Source: an uncultured bacterium (GTDB taxonomy: Bacteria > Lernaellota > Lernaellaia > Lernaellales > Lernaellaceae). Taken from it: a stretch of DNA of 31,719 nt. The position numbers were made by a program, and so were the translations under genes. Location: NCBI GenBank assembly GCA_964534375.1, contig CAZHPN010000060.1, positions 1 to 31,719 of the forward strand, given 5' to 3'. Every line of letters begins with the position of its first letter. Positions within the stretch are counted from its first letter, which is position 1. The notes below the pieces were generated by a model. It saw only the letters and a program-made list of their open reading frames with translations, ran no database searches and was not told the DNA's origin. This document shows positions 1 to 7,965 of the stretch, in pieces.

Positions 1-1250
1 ATGACGATGTGCCGGTTCGCGCCCCCCGCCGCCAGTTTGTCGACGACCGGCGCCACGCTCCAGCCCAGGCGCTGCGGGCGCGGCACGCCGACGAATTGCA
101 CGCGGTCTTCAAACGAGTCGAAGGTGAAGGCCGTCCAATCGGCGCGCAAATGGTCGCGCGCCGTGATCGCCGCGAGGAGCAGCACGAAGGCCGCGACCTG
201 CGCCGTGCGCCGTCGGCCGTGCCCGGCGGACCACAGCCGCTCCAGGCCCAGCGCGGCGAAGACGTCCGCCGCCGGCAGCAGCGGCAGCAGATACCGCGTG
301 CTCTTGAAGCCATAGATCGTGTGCAGCAGCAGCAGCGGCGGAAAAAACCAGGCAAACAAGACGCGCACGCCGCGATCGCGCTTCGAAACGAGGATCATCC
401 CCAGCGCGGCCAGCGCCGAAAGCAGCGGCCCGAGCCCATCTTGCAGCAGCAGGCGCAAGTTGTCGGTGAGGTTGATTTTGTCCATGCGCACCGCGGCCGC
501 CCGCACAGCCAGGCGCGTCGAAAGCCACTGGTTCAGCGAGGGCCCAAACGCGACCGCGGCGACGGCGAGGATGATCCCGGCCGCGAGGCCGATGTTCTTC
601 AGCCGCGCCGTGCGCGCCTCGGGGTCGTCGTTCCACAGCCGATCGACGATCGCGTAGAGCGCCGGGAAACCGACGTACAGCGGAAACGACTGCTTGGTCA
701 GCAGGCCGAGGCTGCAGGTCGCTGCGAAGGCCAGCGTCCGCCGCCGATGCGCCAGGCCGTCGCTCCAGAGCAAGAAGAAAATCGCCGCCGCCGTCATCGC
801 CGCGAGCGGCGCGTCGACCATTTCCAGCCGGCTGAACCGGTAGAGGCCGGGCGTCATCGCGGCGAACGCGGCGGCGAGCAGGCCCGCGCGGTCGCCGGCC
901 AGCAGATGGGCGATGCCGAACGCGGCGACGACCGCCAGCAGCGACCAGATCGCGACCGCGACCGCCCCGGCGCCCGGCGCATCGCCGGACGCGAGCCGCA
1001 CCGGCAGCGCCACGTAATGCAGCAACGGCGGATACGCCGAACCGAGGCACTCGGCGCGGAACATCGTCCACGCCGCCGCGTCGCCGCGCACCGCGCAGGC
1101 CAGCAGCCGGCCGGCGCGATCCAGGTGCAACGCGTCGTACACGTCGCCGACCCGATCGCGGAGAACCACAAAAACGTTGAGCGCCGCCGAAAAAACCAGC
1201 AGCAGAATCAGGGCCGCCCAGACCGACCGGCGAATGTGGCCGATGCGCAT
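1..1250 (-). CDS. GT-C fold (ArnT/PMT-like, GT39/GT83-type) integral membrane glycosyltransferase, 3' end beyond the left edge
   Basis: Manual translation from the ATG at 1250 (GAGGA upstream) gives MRIGHIRRSVWAALILLLVFSAALNVFVV...YPPLLHY...FSRLEMVDAPLAA...LGLLTKQSFPLY...STRYLLPLLP. It has many TM segments, GT-C-typical motifs (YPPL, D after a loop, LTK, RYLLP) and no stop before position 1. It is absent from the ORF track because it is open-ended. Confidence 0.8.
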   Translation of the reverse strand, partial: MRIGHIRRSVWAALILLLVFSAALNVFVVLRDRVGDVYDALHLDRAGRLLACAVRGDAAAWTMFRAECLGSAYPPLLHYVALPVRLASGDAPGAGAVAVAIWSLLAVVAAFGIAHLLAGDRAGLLAAAFAAMTPGLYRFSRLEMVDAPLAAMTAAAIFFLLWSDGLAHRRRTLAFAATCSLGLLTKQSFPLYVGFPALYAIVDRLWNDDPEARTARLKNIGLAAGIILAVAAVAFGPSLNQWLSTRLAVRAAAVRMDKINLTDNLRLLLQDGLGPLLSALAALGMILVSKRDRGVRVLFAWFFPPLLLLHTIYGFKSTRYLLPLLPAADVFAALGLERLWSAGHGRRRTAQVAAFVLLLAAITARDHLRADWTAFTFDSFEDRVQFVGVPRPQRLGWSVAPVVDKLAAGGANRHIV

Positions 1251-1371
1251 GAAACGTCCTCAGGCCGGCCGCGGGGCGCTAGGGTGAAACGCGGCCCAAA
1301 GCCGGCGACGTTGCAGAAATATCTCTATTGGAGGCGTCCCGTCAAACGGCAAAATAGCAACTCCGTGTGGA

Positions 1372-1776
1372 TTACACGGAGACGATGGCGACCGCCTCGA
1401 TCTCCAATTTGCAGCCGACGGGGCCCGGCAGCGCGGCGACCTGGACGGCGCTGCGGGCGGGATACGGCTTGGCGTCGTCTTCGTCGAAAAACTCTTTGTA
1501 GACCTCGTTGACCGCGGCAAAATCCTGAATATTCAGCAAAAAAACGGTCGTCTTCACGACGTCCTGCAGCGAGGCGCCGCCGGCTTTCAGCACGGCGACG
1601 ACGTTGCCGAGCGCCGTCCGCGCCTGGTCCTGCACGTTTTCGGAGACCTTCTTGGTCTCCGCGTCGATCGGCAACTGGCCCGAGGTGAACACGAACTGGC
1701 CGCTGCGGATGCCCTGGGAATACGGACCGATGGCGCCGGGCGCTTTGTCGGTGGCGACCGCTTCTTTATGGTGCAT
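1372..1776 (-). CDS. ridA: RidA/YjgF/UK114 family reactive enamine/imine deaminase
   Basis: Motifs APGAIGPYSQG, FTSGQLP, VVKTTVFL, YPARSAVQVAALP (catalytic Arg) and LEIEAVA. Confidence 0.93.
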   Translation of the reverse strand: MHHKEAVATDKAPGAIGPYSQGIRSGQFVFTSGQLPIDAETKKVSENVQDQARTALGNVVAVLKAGGASLQDVVKTTVFLLNIQDFAAVNEVYKEFFDEDDAKPYPARSAVQVAALPGPVGCKLEIEAVAIVSV

Positions 1777-1820
1777 GACGGCGTTCCCCCAAAAAAGTGA
1801 CTGGCGCTAGGTTTAAGGCG

Positions 1821-1848
1821 ATCATACCGCAATTTTTGCCAAACGCAA
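1821..1848 (-). promoter_or_regulatory. Putative sigma70 promoter for ridA
   Basis: Minus strand reads TTGCGT-N16-TATGAT about 45 nt upstream of the ATG. Confidence 0.4.
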
Positions 1849-2008
1849 GAAATTCCGCTGGCGCCAGTGGGCAGTCGTTGGTTACGGGCCACGCATTCGC
1901 AACTATTCGTCGCTTCGCCGGGGATTCGGGGCGGCAATCGGTTTCTCGATTTTCCCCCGCGGCCGATGTAATCTGCGCCGAAAGATCACGCCACCGGAGA
2001 AAAACAAA

Positions 2009-2674
2009 ATGAGCGAGGGGAAGGTCGCCGCGTTTTTCGATTTCGACAACACGCTGCTGGCGGCCGACAGCGCCGCGCTCGGCTTTCGCGCGATGTGGGA
2101 CCAGAAGCTGGTGTCGGCGGGGTTTCTGCTGAAGCTGATCCTGGCGAACCAGTTGTTCAAGCGCGACCTGCTGTCCGCGGAACGAATCGCCGTGATGTGC
2201 CTGAGATATTACCGGGGCCGCAACCTGCAATACTACATCGACAGCGCCGGCGACTTTTACCGCCAGTGGCTGCGGCCGGCGCTGTCGCCCGCGGTCGTGG
2301 CCAAGGTCGAGGAACATCGGCAGCAAGGGCATCTGCTCGTGCTGCTGTCCGCGTCGGTCGACTACTACCTACAGCCGGCGGTCGCGGATTTGGGGTTCGA
2401 TTCGCTGCTCTGCACGCGACTGGAAATAGACGACAGCGGCCGTTGCACCGGCCGGGCGTTGGGGCCGATCGTCGTCGGCGCCGCCAAGAAGCACGCCGCC
2501 GAAGAATACGCGCGGTCCGCGCACGTCGATCTCGCCGCCTCGTATGCGTACGCGGATCAAATCTCCGACGCGCCGCTGTTGGAGGCGGTCGGGCATCCGG
2601 TGGCCGTGCGGCCGAAACGGGCCTTGCGGCGGCTGGCGCTGGCGCGCGGGTGGACAATCATTGACGGCCAGTAA
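2009..2674 (+). CDS. HAD superfamily subfamily IB hydrolase (SerB/PSP-like)
   Basis: Motif I FFDFDNTL, motif II LLSAS, conserved Lys, and motif IV AYADQISDAPLL..VGHPVAV. Confidence 0.9.
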   Translation: MSEGKVAAFFDFDNTLLAADSAALGFRAMWDQKLVSAGFLLKLILANQLFKRDLLSAERIAVMCLRYYRGRNLQYYIDSAGDFYRQWLRPALSPAVVAKVEEHRQQGHLLVLLSASVDYYLQPAVADLGFDSLLCTRLEIDDSGRCTGRALGPIVVGAAKKHAAEEYARSAHVDLAASYAYADQISDAPLLEAVGHPVAVRPKRALRRLALARGWTIIDGQ

Positions 2675-2678
2675 CAAG

Positions 2679-2831
2679 GAACAGTGAACAGCGAACAGTG
2701 AACAGCGAACAGTGAACAGCGATCAGCGATCAGCGATCAGCGATCAGTGAACAACGATCAGTGACAACTGTTGGACCTGCTGACGGGTCACTGACCACTG
2801 TTCGCTGTTCGCTGTTCGCTGTTCGCTGACG
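2679..2831. repeat. Degenerate heptamer tandem array with an inverted arm
   Basis: 2679-2762 holds 12 units of GA(A/T)CA(G/A)(C/T), such as GAACAGT, GAACAGC and GATCAGC. 2790-2831 holds about 6 reverse-complement-type units (ACTGTTC, GCTGTTC x3, degenerate ends). It lies between convergent genes. Confidence 0.95.
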
Positions 2832-3759
2832 CGCCGCGGCGCGGCCGCGGCGCGTGGTCGTCGCCGATCTCGATGACCAGGCGCTCGGCGGCGGGACGCG
2901 CCAGCATACGCAGGCCGTGAACCGCCGTCACCGGCAAAAAGCTTTCGACCAGTTCGTCCACCTGTGCGTCGGTCAACCCGCGACCGGTTTTTTCGCGCAG
3001 TTTTTGTTCCTGCAAGCGACGCCATTCGAAAATCTTTTGCACCGACGGCACGGCCAGATAAACCAGCACGTCGAGCAGCGCGAACAACGGGCGATAGGCG
3101 TCGAGCCGCCGGTTGACGGCGCGGGTGAACTCGCCCGTCGGGTCGTGGCGGGCGACGAACGCGGCGGCCTCGGGCGCGGCGGCCAGATGCGCCGCGAGTT
3201 CCTCGTCGGGCAAGCGCACGGCGCCGACAAACCAGCCCTCGAAAATGATCGCGTCGGGCCGGCCGCGAAAAACCGGCCAGGCCGATTCCGGCAGGCGGTC
3301 GCCTTGGCCGTCGTGCAGCGATTTGTCGAAGGCCGGCAGCGCGGTCACGCTCGCGGGATCGGCGTTGCGCAGCCGTTCGATCGTTAGCGCGCCGAGGGCC
3401 GCGTCGTGACTGCCGGGGTTGCCGCGCACGCGCTGGTACGGATCGCGCGGGTTTGCCGCCCGTAGCCGCTCGCGGTCGACCAGCGGCAGATAGAGGTCGT
3501 CCAGCGAAAAAGCCGCGACGCTCACGCCGAGTTCCGCCAGCAGAATACGCAAAATCGCCGCGGCCGTCGTTTTCCCCGAGCCCTGGGCGCCGGCGACGCC
3601 GACGATCAGCGGCGCCGATTGCCGGGCGCCGCGCTCGACCAGGCCGCGCGCAAGCGGCTCATAGACGTCGGTCAGGGCCGCGGAAAAATCCGCCGCAATG
3701 CCGAGTTCGTCGCGCACGAAAGCGAGGCAGCGTTCGGTGATGCCCATGGCGGCGGTCAT
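2788..3759 (-). CDS. P-loop kinase, D-glycerate 3-kinase (plant GLYK/yeast Tda10)-like
   Basis: Walker A GAQGSGKTT, plus SLDDLY, RGNPGSHD, PAFDKSLHDGQGDR, IFEGWFVG and WRRLQEQKL. The start may instead be the ATG at 3747. Confidence 0.8.
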   Translation of the reverse strand: MTAAMGITERCLAFVRDELGIAADFSAALTDVYEPLARGLVERGARQSAPLIVGVAGAQGSGKTTAAAILRILLAELGVSVAAFSLDDLYLPLVDRERLRAANPRDPYQRVRGNPGSHDAALGALTIERLRNADPASVTALPAFDKSLHDGQGDRLPESAWPVFRGRPDAIIFEGWFVGAVRLPDEELAAHLAAAPEAAAFVARHDPTGEFTRAVNRRLDAYRPLFALLDVLVYLAVPSVQKIFEWRRLQEQKLREKTGRGLTDAQVDELVESFLPVTAVHGLRMLARPAAERLVIEIGDDHAPRPRRGASANSEQRTANSGQ

Positions 3760-3829
3760 CTTTCATCGAGCCGGCGGCGTACTGTTCTTCGCCGCGCGCT
3801 TCGGGGTTATAACGCAGGAATCCGGCGAG

Positions 3830-3858
3830 TTGAAGCGCCGGCGCCGCCGTGTTATTTT
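3830..3858 (+). promoter_or_regulatory. Putative sigma70 promoter for tRNA-Pro/prmC/murA
   Basis: TTGAAG-N17-TATTTT with an extended -10 TG, ending 11 nt before the tRNA. Confidence 0.6.
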
Positions 3859-3869
3859 CCGTCGGCCTT

Positions 3870-3942
3870 CGGGGCGTGGCGCAGCTGGCAGCGCACCGGT
3901 TTTGGGAGCCGGGGGTCGCCGGTTCAAATCCGGCCGCCCCGA
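3870..3942 (+). tRNA. tRNA-Pro (anticodon TGG), CCA not encoded
   Basis: Cloverleaf: acceptor CGGGGCG/CGCCCCG plus A73, D arm GCGC/GCGC, anticodon stem CCGGT/GCCGG with loop TTTGGGA, T arm GCCGG-TTCAAAT-CCGGC. It is followed by TTT, not CCA. Confidence 0.96.
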
Positions 3943-3968
3943 TTTTCACCCGCCCGAGAAAAACGTAC

Positions 3969-4832
3969 ATGACCGAAACCTGGCCCGTCCTCCGGTTGCT
4001 CAATTGGTGCCGCGATTTTTTCGCCGGCAAGGGCATCGACACGCCGCGGCTCGACGCCGAGGTGCTGCTGGCCCACGTGCTGGGCGTCGATCGCGTCGGG
4101 CTGTATCTGCGCTTCGATCAGCCGCTGCAGGAAAACGAGTTGGCGGCCGTGCGCGAACTGGTGCGGAGGCGGGGCCGGCGCGAGCCGGTGGCGCACCTCG
4201 TCGGAACGAAGGAATTTTTCGGGCTGACGTTCCGCGTCGATCGGCGCGTGCTGACGCCCCGGCCGGACACCGAAGCGCTCGTCGAAGCCGCGCTCGCCGG
4301 CCTGCCCGCCGACGCGCCGCTGACCATTTGCGAAATCGGCCTCGGCAGCGGCTGCGTCACCGCGGCCCTCGCCGTCAAGCGCCCGGCGTGGCGGTTCGCG
4401 GCGACGGAACTTTCGGCCGACGCGCTGGCGCTGGCCGCGGAGAACCTGGCCCGGCACGGCGTCGCGGAGCGCGTGACGGCGACGCTCGGCGACCTGTTCG
4501 GCGACCTCGCCGGGCCGTTCGACGCGGTGGTCGGCAATCCGCCGTATCTGACGACCGCGGAGTTGCAGAAAGCCATGCCCGAGGTGGCGCAATACGAGCC
4601 GGCGGCGGCGCTCGACGGCGGGCCGGACGGGCTGGCGGTGATTCGCCGGTTGGTCGCGGAGGCGCCGGAGCGGCTGCGCCCGGGCGGGCTGCTGGCGCTG
4701 GAGTGCGGCGCGGGGCAGGCGGCGGCGGTCGCCGCGTTGTTCGACGAGACCGGCCGTTATCAGCTGGTCGCCATTCACAAAGATTTGGCCGGGATCGACC
4801 GCGTGGCAGCGGCCCGGCGCACGGAGCGCTGA
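3969..4832 (+). CDS. prmC: Release factor glutamine methyltransferase (HemK)
   Basis: Motifs PRLDAEVLL, RREPVAHLVG, VLTPRPDTE, EIGLGSG, GNPPY and ALDGGPDGL. The start is moved to ATG 3969 because the track start at 3849 runs through the tRNA. Confidence 0.95.
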   Translation: MTETWPVLRLLNWCRDFFAGKGIDTPRLDAEVLLAHVLGVDRVGLYLRFDQPLQENELAAVRELVRRRGRREPVAHLVGTKEFFGLTFRVDRRVLTPRPDTEALVEAALAGLPADAPLTICEIGLGSGCVTAALAVKRPAWRFAATELSADALALAAENLARHGVAERVTATLGDLFGDLAGPFDAVVGNPPYLTTAELQKAMPEVAQYEPAAALDGGPDGLAVIRRLVAEAPERLRPGGLLALECGAGQAAAVAALFDETGRYQLVAIHKDLAGIDRVAAARRTER

Positions 4833-4833
4833 C

Positions 4834-6099
4834 ATGGAAAAAATGGTGATTCACGGCGGCGAGCGGCTGCTCGGCGAAACGACGGTCGGCGGCTCGAAGA
4901 ACGCCGCGTTGCCGATGCTCTGCGCGACGATCCTCGCCCGCGACCTGTGCACGCTGCGCGGCGTGCCGGGCCTGCGCGACATCCGCACGGTGAAGATGCT
5001 GCTGGAAGGCCTCGGCGTGACGCTGAGCGCGGCGGCCGGCGACATCGTCGTCGATCCGCGCGGCCTGGCGGGCCACGAGGCGCCGTACGAAATCGTCAAA
5101 ACGATGCGCGCCGGCGTGCTCGTCCTCGGCCCGCTGCTGGCGCGGCTCGGCCGGGCGCGCGTGTCGCTGCCGGGCGGTTGCGCGATCGGCGCGCGACCGG
5201 TCGATCAGCATCTCAAAGGCCTGGCCAAATTGGGCGCGGAGATTCGCATCGACCACGGCTACATCGAGGCGACGGCCCCGCACGGCCTGCGCGGCGGCGT
5301 ATTCTGTTTCGACACGGTCACCGTCGGCGGCGTGGAAAACCTGATGATGGCCGCGGCGCTGGCCGAGGGCGAAACGGTGCTGGAGAACTGCGCGCGCGAG
5401 CCGGAAATCGTCGCGCTGGCCGACTGGCTGCGCGGCATGGGCGCGAAGATCGAGTGCGACGGCGGCGACGTGATCCACATCGTGGGCGTCCCCGAACTCG
5501 GCGGGGTCGATCAGGCGCTGATCGCGGACCGCATCGAGGCCGGCACGTTGATGGTCGCCGCGGGCATCGCCAAGGGCAACGTGCTGTTGCGCAACGCGCC
5601 GCTGGCCAACATGGAAACCGTCGTCGACAAGTTGCGCCAGGCCGGCCTGATCGTCGAGCCGGAAACCGGCGGCGTGCGCGTCGTCGGGCCGCACCGGCCG
5701 CGGGCGGTGGACATCAAGACGCGGCCGTATCCGGGCTTCCCCACCGACATGCAGGCGCAACTCATGGCGCTGGCGAGCCTCGCCGACGGCCTGTCGGTGA
5801 TCGCCGAGACGATCTTCGAGAACCGCTTCATGCACGTGCTGGAGCTGCAGCGCATGGGCGCGCGCATCTCGATCGAGGGCCACAGCGCGCTGGTGCGGGG
5901 CGCGCCGTTGCTGATGGGGGCGCAGGTGATGGCGACCGATCTGCGGGCGTCCGCGAGCCTGGTGCTGGCCGGCCTGGCGGCGGAGGGCGTCACCGAGGTG
6001 CAGCGCATCTACCATCTCGATCGCGGTTACGAGCGGCTGGACCAGAAACTGATCGCCCTGGGCGCCAAAATCCAGCGCGCGGAGCAGGACAAGCCGTGA
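4834..6099 (+). CDS. murA: UDP-N-acetylglucosamine 1-carboxyvinyltransferase
   Basis: Motifs GSKNAALP, LPGGCAIGARPVDQH (catalytic Cys), PYPGFPTDMQAQ, ATDLRAS and HLDRGYE. Confidence 0.98.
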   Translation: MEKMVIHGGERLLGETTVGGSKNAALPMLCATILARDLCTLRGVPGLRDIRTVKMLLEGLGVTLSAAAGDIVVDPRGLAGHEAPYEIVKTMRAGVLVLGPLLARLGRARVSLPGGCAIGARPVDQHLKGLAKLGAEIRIDHGYIEATAPHGLRGGVFCFDTVTVGGVENLMMAAALAEGETVLENCAREPEIVALADWLRGMGAKIECDGGDVIHIVGVPELGGVDQALIADRIEAGTLMVAAGIAKGNVLLRNAPLANMETVVDKLRQAGLIVEPETGGVRVVGPHRPRAVDIKTRPYPGFPTDMQAQLMALASLADGLSVIAETIFENRFMHVLELQRMGARISIEGHSALVRGAPLLMGAQVMATDLRASASLVLAGLAAEGVTEVQRIYHLDRGYERLDQKLIALGAKIQRAEQDKP

Positions 6100-6108
6100 A
6101 CGAAAAAC

Positions 6109-6137
6109 TTGACACCCGTTGCGCAAACCGACATTAT
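6109..6137 (+). promoter_or_regulatory. Putative sigma70 promoter, probably giving a leaderless mRNA
   Basis: TTGACA(6109-6114)-N17-CATTAT(6132-6137). The ATG at 6145 lies 7 nt after the -10 box. Confidence 0.55.
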
Positions 6138-6144
6138 TCGGCCG

Positions 6145-7896
6145 ATGCAAGCCGTCACCCCTGAGCACAACATCTTCGGCAATCCTTCCATCAAGGGGAA
6201 CCTGGATCAGGTGCACCCGGCCAAGCTGCTGTACGGTTTTTTCAAAGCGAAAAAAACCGGCGCGCTGAAATTCAACGACGACGCCAACGACATCTGGCTG
6301 TATCTGGCGAAGGGTTGCCTGGTCGCCTACGAACGCGGCGTGTTTGCGCAGGACGATTTCGCCTGGCATCTCGTCCGTTTCGGTCTAATCGCCGAAAAAG
6401 AATACACGATCATGCGCCGCAAGGCCGAGCGCAAGAAAACCTCGCCGGTGCAGATGCTGATCGACGACGGCGTTCTCGATCGCGCGACGGTGCAGCGGCT
6501 GGCGGTCGGTTTTTACGAGCGCAGCCTGATCGGCCTGTTCTCCTGGCGCCGCGCCACGTACCTTTTTTACGAACGACCGGAGTTGGAAGGGTACGCGGGC
6601 GACCCGGAGCCGCTGCGCACCTTGCGCTGGATTCTCGACGGCGTCCGGCGAAAGTACCACCAGGGCTGGATCGAAAAGCGGCTCGAACAAAGGATGGAGG
6701 CGCCGCTCAAGGTCTTCGCCGAGGCGCCGGCGACGCTCGACCAGTTGCTCGTTTCTGAACCCGAACGGCTGATCGCCGAGCAAATTCGCCAGGGCGCGAC
6801 GCCGGCCCAGATCATCCGCCAATCGACGTTGACGCCGGCCGAGGTGCGCGCCTTGCTCTACGGTCTGGCGACCATCGAGTGCATCAAGTTCGAGGCCAAA
6901 GACAAGGCGAAGAAGAAAAAGAAACCGGCCCCCGCGGCGCCTCAGCGTCCGGTCGACCCGCTGGAAAATCTGTTTCGCGAGGCCGAGGCGAGCCTTTCGC
7001 GCATCCACCTGGAGACGACGCTGGAGAAGGTCGTCAACGCGGATTCCGGCGACGAGGCCGGGTTCGCCGACGCCGCGGCGATCGCGCAGTTGTCGTCGGC
7101 CCTGGCCTCCGGTTCCGAAGGATTGACCCCGCAACTCAAGCAAAAAATTCTCGACCGGATCCGCGACCTGCAAAGCACGCCGACGCCCCCGGGAGAGCCG
7201 GCCCTCGTCGCCGAGGCCGTCGCAACGAATCCGCCGGTGGGTTCGCCCGAGGACCTCGCCGAGTTGGCGCGCATCCTCGATCCCGCCCCGCCGCCGGAAA
7301 CCGCGCCCGCCGACGAGTCGCCGGAAGAAATGGCGCCGCCGGCGCCGACCGACGACTTCGGCATGCGAGACGCGCCGGACTCGGCCAACCTGCCGGATTT
7401 CGGTTCCTTGGATCTCGACCAGGCCGCGGCCAAGGCCGGCCTAGTGGAGTCCGGCGACAAACCGGCGGACGAGAATCCCGACCTGTTCGCCGTATCCAGC
7501 GGCGACATGGCGTTGCAAGACGAAGATCCGCCCGACCAACTTTTCAAAATGGGCGCGGCCTTGCTCGAGCAGGAGCAATGGGAGCAAGGCTATCGGGCCA
7601 TCGCCCGCGCCGTCGAACGCGGTTACGCCTCCGCCGACGCGAAGGTCCAACTGGGGTGGGCGTTGTTCCACGCCTTCCCCGACGACTCCGACCGGTTCGC
7701 CAAAGCGGCGGAATTCGTGCAGCAGGGCATCGATCTCGAGCCGCGAAACGCGGTCGGCTATTTGGCGATGGGCAAGCTTTATCTCGCCGCTGGCGACAAA
7801 CACATGGCCGAATTGTATTTGGTCAAAGCCGTCGAATTGGATCGCGACTGCCGGCCCGCGAAAGAGCTGATCCGCAAGATTTATCAAGAGAAGTAG
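6145..7896 (+). CDS. DUF4388/PATAN-like N-terminal domain protein with acidic Pro-rich linker and C-terminal TPR repeats
   Basis: N-terminal KGNLDQVHPAKLL...KTGALKF...IWLYLAKG...LFSWRRATYLF pattern, a low-complexity middle, and TPR-like helices (LEPRNAVGYLAMGKLYLAAG...AVELD). ATG 6145 is preferred over TTG 6109, which is the -35 box. Confidence 0.7.
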   Translation: MQAVTPEHNIFGNPSIKGNLDQVHPAKLLYGFFKAKKTGALKFNDDANDIWLYLAKGCLVAYERGVFAQDDFAWHLVRFGLIAEKEYTIMRRKAERKKTSPVQMLIDDGVLDRATVQRLAVGFYERSLIGLFSWRRATYLFYERPELEGYAGDPEPLRTLRWILDGVRRKYHQGWIEKRLEQRMEAPLKVFAEAPATLDQLLVSEPERLIAEQIRQGATPAQIIRQSTLTPAEVRALLYGLATIECIKFEAKDKAKKKKKPAPAAPQRPVDPLENLFREAEASLSRIHLETTLEKVVNADSGDEAGFADAAAIAQLSSALASGSEGLTPQLKQKILDRIRDLQSTPTPPGEPALVAEAVATNPPVGSPEDLAELARILDPAPPPETAPADESPEEMAPPAPTDDFGMRDAPDSANLPDFGSLDLDQAAAKAGLVESGDKPADENPDLFAVSSGDMALQDEDPPDQLFKMGAALLEQEQWEQGYRAIARAVERGYASADAKVQLGWALFHAFPDDSDRFAKAAEFVQQGIDLEPRNAVGYLAMGKLYLAAGDKHMAELYLVKAVELDRDCRPAKELIRKIYQEK

Positions 7897-7965
7897 TCAG
7901 AAGACAGTAGTCAGTGGCCAGTAGGATCGCCCGCGAGCGTCTTCCGATTTCCGTCTTCCTCATCC
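7892..7965. repeat. Degenerate heptamer tandem arrays at the gene 3' end
   Basis: AGTAGTC-AGAAGAC-AGTAGTC-AGTGGCC-AGTAGGA (7892-7926, containing the TAG stop), then pyrimidine-rich GTCTTCC-GATTTCC-GTCTTCC (7939-7959). Confidence 0.7.

Noticed and set aside
2679..2831. Possible CRISPR array
   Set aside because: The units are 7 nt and contiguous, with no unique spacers and no cas genes.
3849..3968. N-terminal extension of PrmC given by the ORF track
   Set aside because: It runs through the tRNA and its promoter. Homology-like sequence starts at ATG 3969.
3870..3968. tRNA as an integration site for a prophage or island
   Set aside because: There is no integrase, I saw no duplicated tRNA 3' end, and housekeeping genes follow directly.
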